A stretch of DNA of 42,565 bases from a virus: the IMG/VR virus record IMGVR_UViG_3300042286_000173; one strand, 5' to 3'. The notes beneath the pieces are model-generated. The model did no database searches. It saw only the letters and a list, made by a program, of their open reading frames with translations, and was not told the origin of the DNA. This document shows, one piece after another, positions 40,172-42,565 of the stretch (positions within the stretch are counted from its first letter, which is position 1; the number at the start of each line of letters is the position of its first letter). Both the position numbers and the translations under genes were made by a program.

Positions 40172-42519
40172 TGCGGACACGGATATCCACCGGCTACAGG
40201 CCACACTCGTTTCAGGCGCGCATACACCGCGACATAAAGCGTTTCAGCGTTCTTGTATGTCATCGGCGGTTCGGCAAAGCGTTGGACGTCGCAACCCCGG
40301 TGCCAATGGCTGACGGCTCATGGAAAACGATGGGCAAACTCAAGGCCGGGGATATGATTTTCGGCAGTGACGGCGCCCCCGTGCGGGTGCTCATGGCACA
40401 TCCGGTTATGTTTAACCGCGAGTGCTTCGAGGTCGAGTTCGCGAGTGGTGAGGTTATTGTTGCTGACGCGGAACACTTATGGGTGACGACCAGAAAGAAA
40501 GACAGGCATAATCCTGTGCGCACCCCGCAAGGCCGTGTGAATATGCCGCGTCCTGCGAAGCCGCGAACGACAAAAGATATTTATAACAGCCTTAAGGCCC
40601 GCGGAGAGTTTAACCACCGCGTACAGGTGCATGGCGCTGTTCAGTACCCGGCATGCGTGCTGCCATTCGACCCGTATCTTTTGGGGGTTTGGCTCGGTGA
40701 TAGGTCGGCTCGGTCCGCCGAGGTCACCACGATGGACGCCGAAGCCGTGGACGCCATGCGCAAAAGCGCGGAAGCCTTCGGGTGGAGATTGAAAGAAACT
40801 AACGCGCAGAACGCAGGAAAAGCCACCACGTACCGTGTTAATGGCGGCATGCAGGCGCGTCTGCGTGAGCTAGGCGTCCTTGGGGATAAGCACATCCCGG
40901 ACGCGTTTCTCACTGCGGATATTACCCAGCGCAAGGCGCTGCTCCGCGGTATTATGGATGCGGACGGGTGCATCAACGCCAAGGGTAATTACTGCGAGGT
41001 TGTACAGCGCAGTAAGCGCCTTGCGGATGATATCGAGCGGCTGTTGTTGTCGTTGGGTATGCACCCCCGCACGGACGAGAAAGTAGTTAAAGGGCGTGTG
41101 TACTATCGCATAGGTTTTCGCCCGAGCTTTAATTGCTTCACGGTTCCGCGACACCGCGACAGGTACACCCCCGCGCCGGATTGCAAGGGGTGGCAGTCCA
41201 TAATCCGTGTCGAGCCCGTGGCGTCGCGTCCCGTGCGTTGCATAACCGTGGACGCTCCGGATAGCTTGTACCTCGTGGGGCGAAAATTTACGGTAACACA
41301 CAATACGATCCTAGCCGTGAACACGCTCATAGACGCCGCGGCCCGCAGCAAAGCGGTTGACCCGCATTTCGCATACGTGGCGCCGCAATACAATCAGGCG
41401 AAAAGCGTAGCGTGGAATTACCTAGTGCGGTTCGCATCCGTCATACCCGGTGGCGTGGTTAACAAGTCTGAGCTTTCCATAACATTTACACACAATAACG
41501 CTAAAGTGCGTTTGTTCGGCGCCAACAACCCGGACAGTCTCCGCGGTCTGTATTTTGACGGCATCGTCCTCGATGAGGTGGCCGACATGAAACCGGAAGT
41601 GTGGGGTGAGGTTGTCCGTCCGGCGCTCGCAGACCGCAAAGGTTGGGCGCTCTTTATCGGTACTCCTAAGGGGTACGATATGTTTTACGACCTCTACACC
41701 CACGCGCTGAATGATCCCAAGTGGTACGCAGGGCTGATAACCGTAGAGGACACCGTGGATGACCCCGGCGTTCTCATTGACCGCGAGGAGCTTGAGCTCG
41801 CCAAGTCTTCAATGACAGAAAACCAGTTCAGGCAAGAGTTTATGTGTGACTTCACGGCATCATGCGAGAACACGCTTATCACCATCGACGTGGTGAACGC
41901 CGCCACCGGGCGCTACATACACGCGTCGGACTACTCCGAAGCGCCGCGCATTATCGGCGTTGACGTGGCGCGGTTCGGGGATGACCGCTCGTGTATCGTG
42001 AAGAGGCAGGGTCTGGCCGTGTTCGAGCCGCTCATTTACAAGGGCGTTGATAACATGTGGCTTGCCGGGCAGGTGTCGAGGGAGATAGACGATTTTGAAC
42101 CCGACGCGGTGTTCGTGGACGCAGGGCGGGGTGAAGGCGTTATCGACCGGCTCCGCCAGCTCTCACCGCTGCGTGACCGGAAGGTGCCCATAATCGAGGT
42201 GAATTTCGGCGGGAGCGCGGCTAACGCCACGCTGTACCGGAACAAGCGCACTGAAATGTGGTTCGGCGTCAAAGAGTGGCTCGAGGCGGGCGGATGTATT
42301 CCGAAAAACAAAAGACTTATTCAGGATCTGGTGCTCCCGACCTATCATTTTGACGCCGCCAACCGCCACGTACTCGAAAGTAAAGACGATATGAAGACCC
42401 GCGCGGGGTTCTCGCCGGATATCGGTGACGCCCTCGCGCTCACGTTCGCGGCCCCGATCCGCAGAGAAGCAGACAAGCGGGTGAAGGCTCGAACCTACGA
42501 CCCGCGCACCTACAAATAA
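40168..42519 (+). CDS. terL: Terminase large subunit precursor (783 aa) interrupted by an intein
   Basis: The Walker A is split: ...VLVCHRRFGK | intein | TILAVN.... Walker B DGIVLDEVAD follows, then the nuclease half. ATGA overlap with terS. The stop lies inside the terminal overlap. Confidence 0.9.
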   Translation: MMRTRISTGYRPHSFQARIHRDIKRFSVLVCHRRFGKALDVATPVPMADGSWKTMGKLKAGDMIFGSDGAPVRVLMAHPVMFNRECFEVEFASGEVIVADAEHLWVTTRKKDRHNPVRTPQGRVNMPRPAKPRTTKDIYNSLKARGEFNHRVQVHGAVQYPACVLPFDPYLLGVWLGDRSARSAEVTTMDAEAVDAMRKSAEAFGWRLKETNAQNAGKATTYRVNGGMQARLRELGVLGDKHIPDAFLTADITQRKALLRGIMDADGCINAKGNYCEVVQRSKRLADDIERLLLSLGMHPRTDEKVVKGRVYYRIGFRPSFNCFTVPRHRDRYTPAPDCKGWQSIIRVEPVASRPVRCITVDAPDSLYLVGRKFTVTHNTILAVNTLIDAAARSKAVDPHFAYVAPQYNQAKSVAWNYLVRFASVIPGGVVNKSELSITFTHNNAKVRLFGANNPDSLRGLYFDGIVLDEVADMKPEVWGEVVRPALADRKGWALFIGTPKGYDMFYDLYTHALNDPKWYAGLITVEDTVDDPGVLIDREELELAKSSMTENQFRQEFMCDFTASCENTLITIDVVNAATGRYIHASDYSEAPRIIGVDVARFGDDRSCIVKRQGLAVFEPLIYKGVDNMWLAGQVSREIDDFEPDAVFVDAGRGEGVIDRLRQLSPLRDRKVPIIEVNFGGSAANATLYRNKRTEMWFGVKEWLEAGGCIPKNKRLIQDLVLPTYHFDAANRHVLESKDDMKTRAGFSPDIGDALALTFAAPIRREADKRVKARTYDPRTYK
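40279..41304 (+). mobile_element. Intein (342 aa) with a LAGLIDADG homing-endonuclease domain, inserted after the P-loop lysine of TerL
   Basis: N-terminal ALDVATPVPMADGSWKTMGKLKAGD. Block B ...ADAEHLW. Endonuclease motifs LLGVWLGDRSA and LLRGIMDADGCI. Block F PVRCITVD. Block G FTVTHN, followed by Thr +1. Confidence 0.85.
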
Positions 42520-42565
42520 GGAGCTCTATCATGTGCAGCAGTAAACCCAGCATGCCCTCGACCCC
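42439..42565. repeat. Terminal overlap, copy 2. Identical to 1-127.
   Basis: Same 127 bases as the window start. The window therefore closes into a 42,438-bp circle. Confidence 0.95.

Overview
The window is a complete, circularly assembled, GC-rich tailed-phage genome of podovirus type. Bases 1-127 are identical to 42439-42565, and the join falls across the end of the large-terminase gene, so the unique length is 42,438 bp. All homology calls were made by eye from the ORF translations and remembered family signatures; nothing was searched. The rightward arm runs from 33703, through the wrap point, to 20442. It holds a Cro-like HTH, a Prim-Pol/VirE-type primase-helicase, an iteron-rich and AT-rich origin-like gap, and a RuvC-like resolvase carrying an in-frame tandem-repeat insertion. 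These are followed by a DUF3310 protein, a MazG-like protein and a lysis cassette (M15 endolysin, zinc ribbon, TM/coiled-coil protein, 3-TM holin). Then come TerS, a TerL interrupted in its P-loop by an intein with a LAGLIDADG endonuclease, and a Pro10 mini-protein. The head and tail genes close the arm: portal, scaffold, major capsid, cement-like protein, T7 gp11/gp12-like tail tube, four internal virion proteins, tail fibre and fibre chaperone. The leftward arm runs 33224 to 20731. It holds a PAPS-reductase-like enzyme, small Cys-rich or unknown ORFs, a short clamp-like protein, an SNF2 helicase, a DUF2800 nuclease, a DUF2815 SSB, a family-A DNA polymerase and ThyX. The two arms meet at a convergent terminator region (20443-20730) and diverge from a control region (33225-33702). 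I saw no integrase, phage RNA polymerase, reverse transcriptase, complete tRNA or CRISPR array. The most interesting item is the 2,596-aa internal virion protein: it contains two tandem HG[ST]-type ART-like modules and an HExxH zincin module, which suggests a capsid-delivered polyvalent effector. Next are an apparent class-3 (WCT) intein in TerL, a 2.66-kb stop-free frame that threads three gene-like segments at the SNF2 locus, and the origin-like region with the repeat-bearing resolvase next to it.
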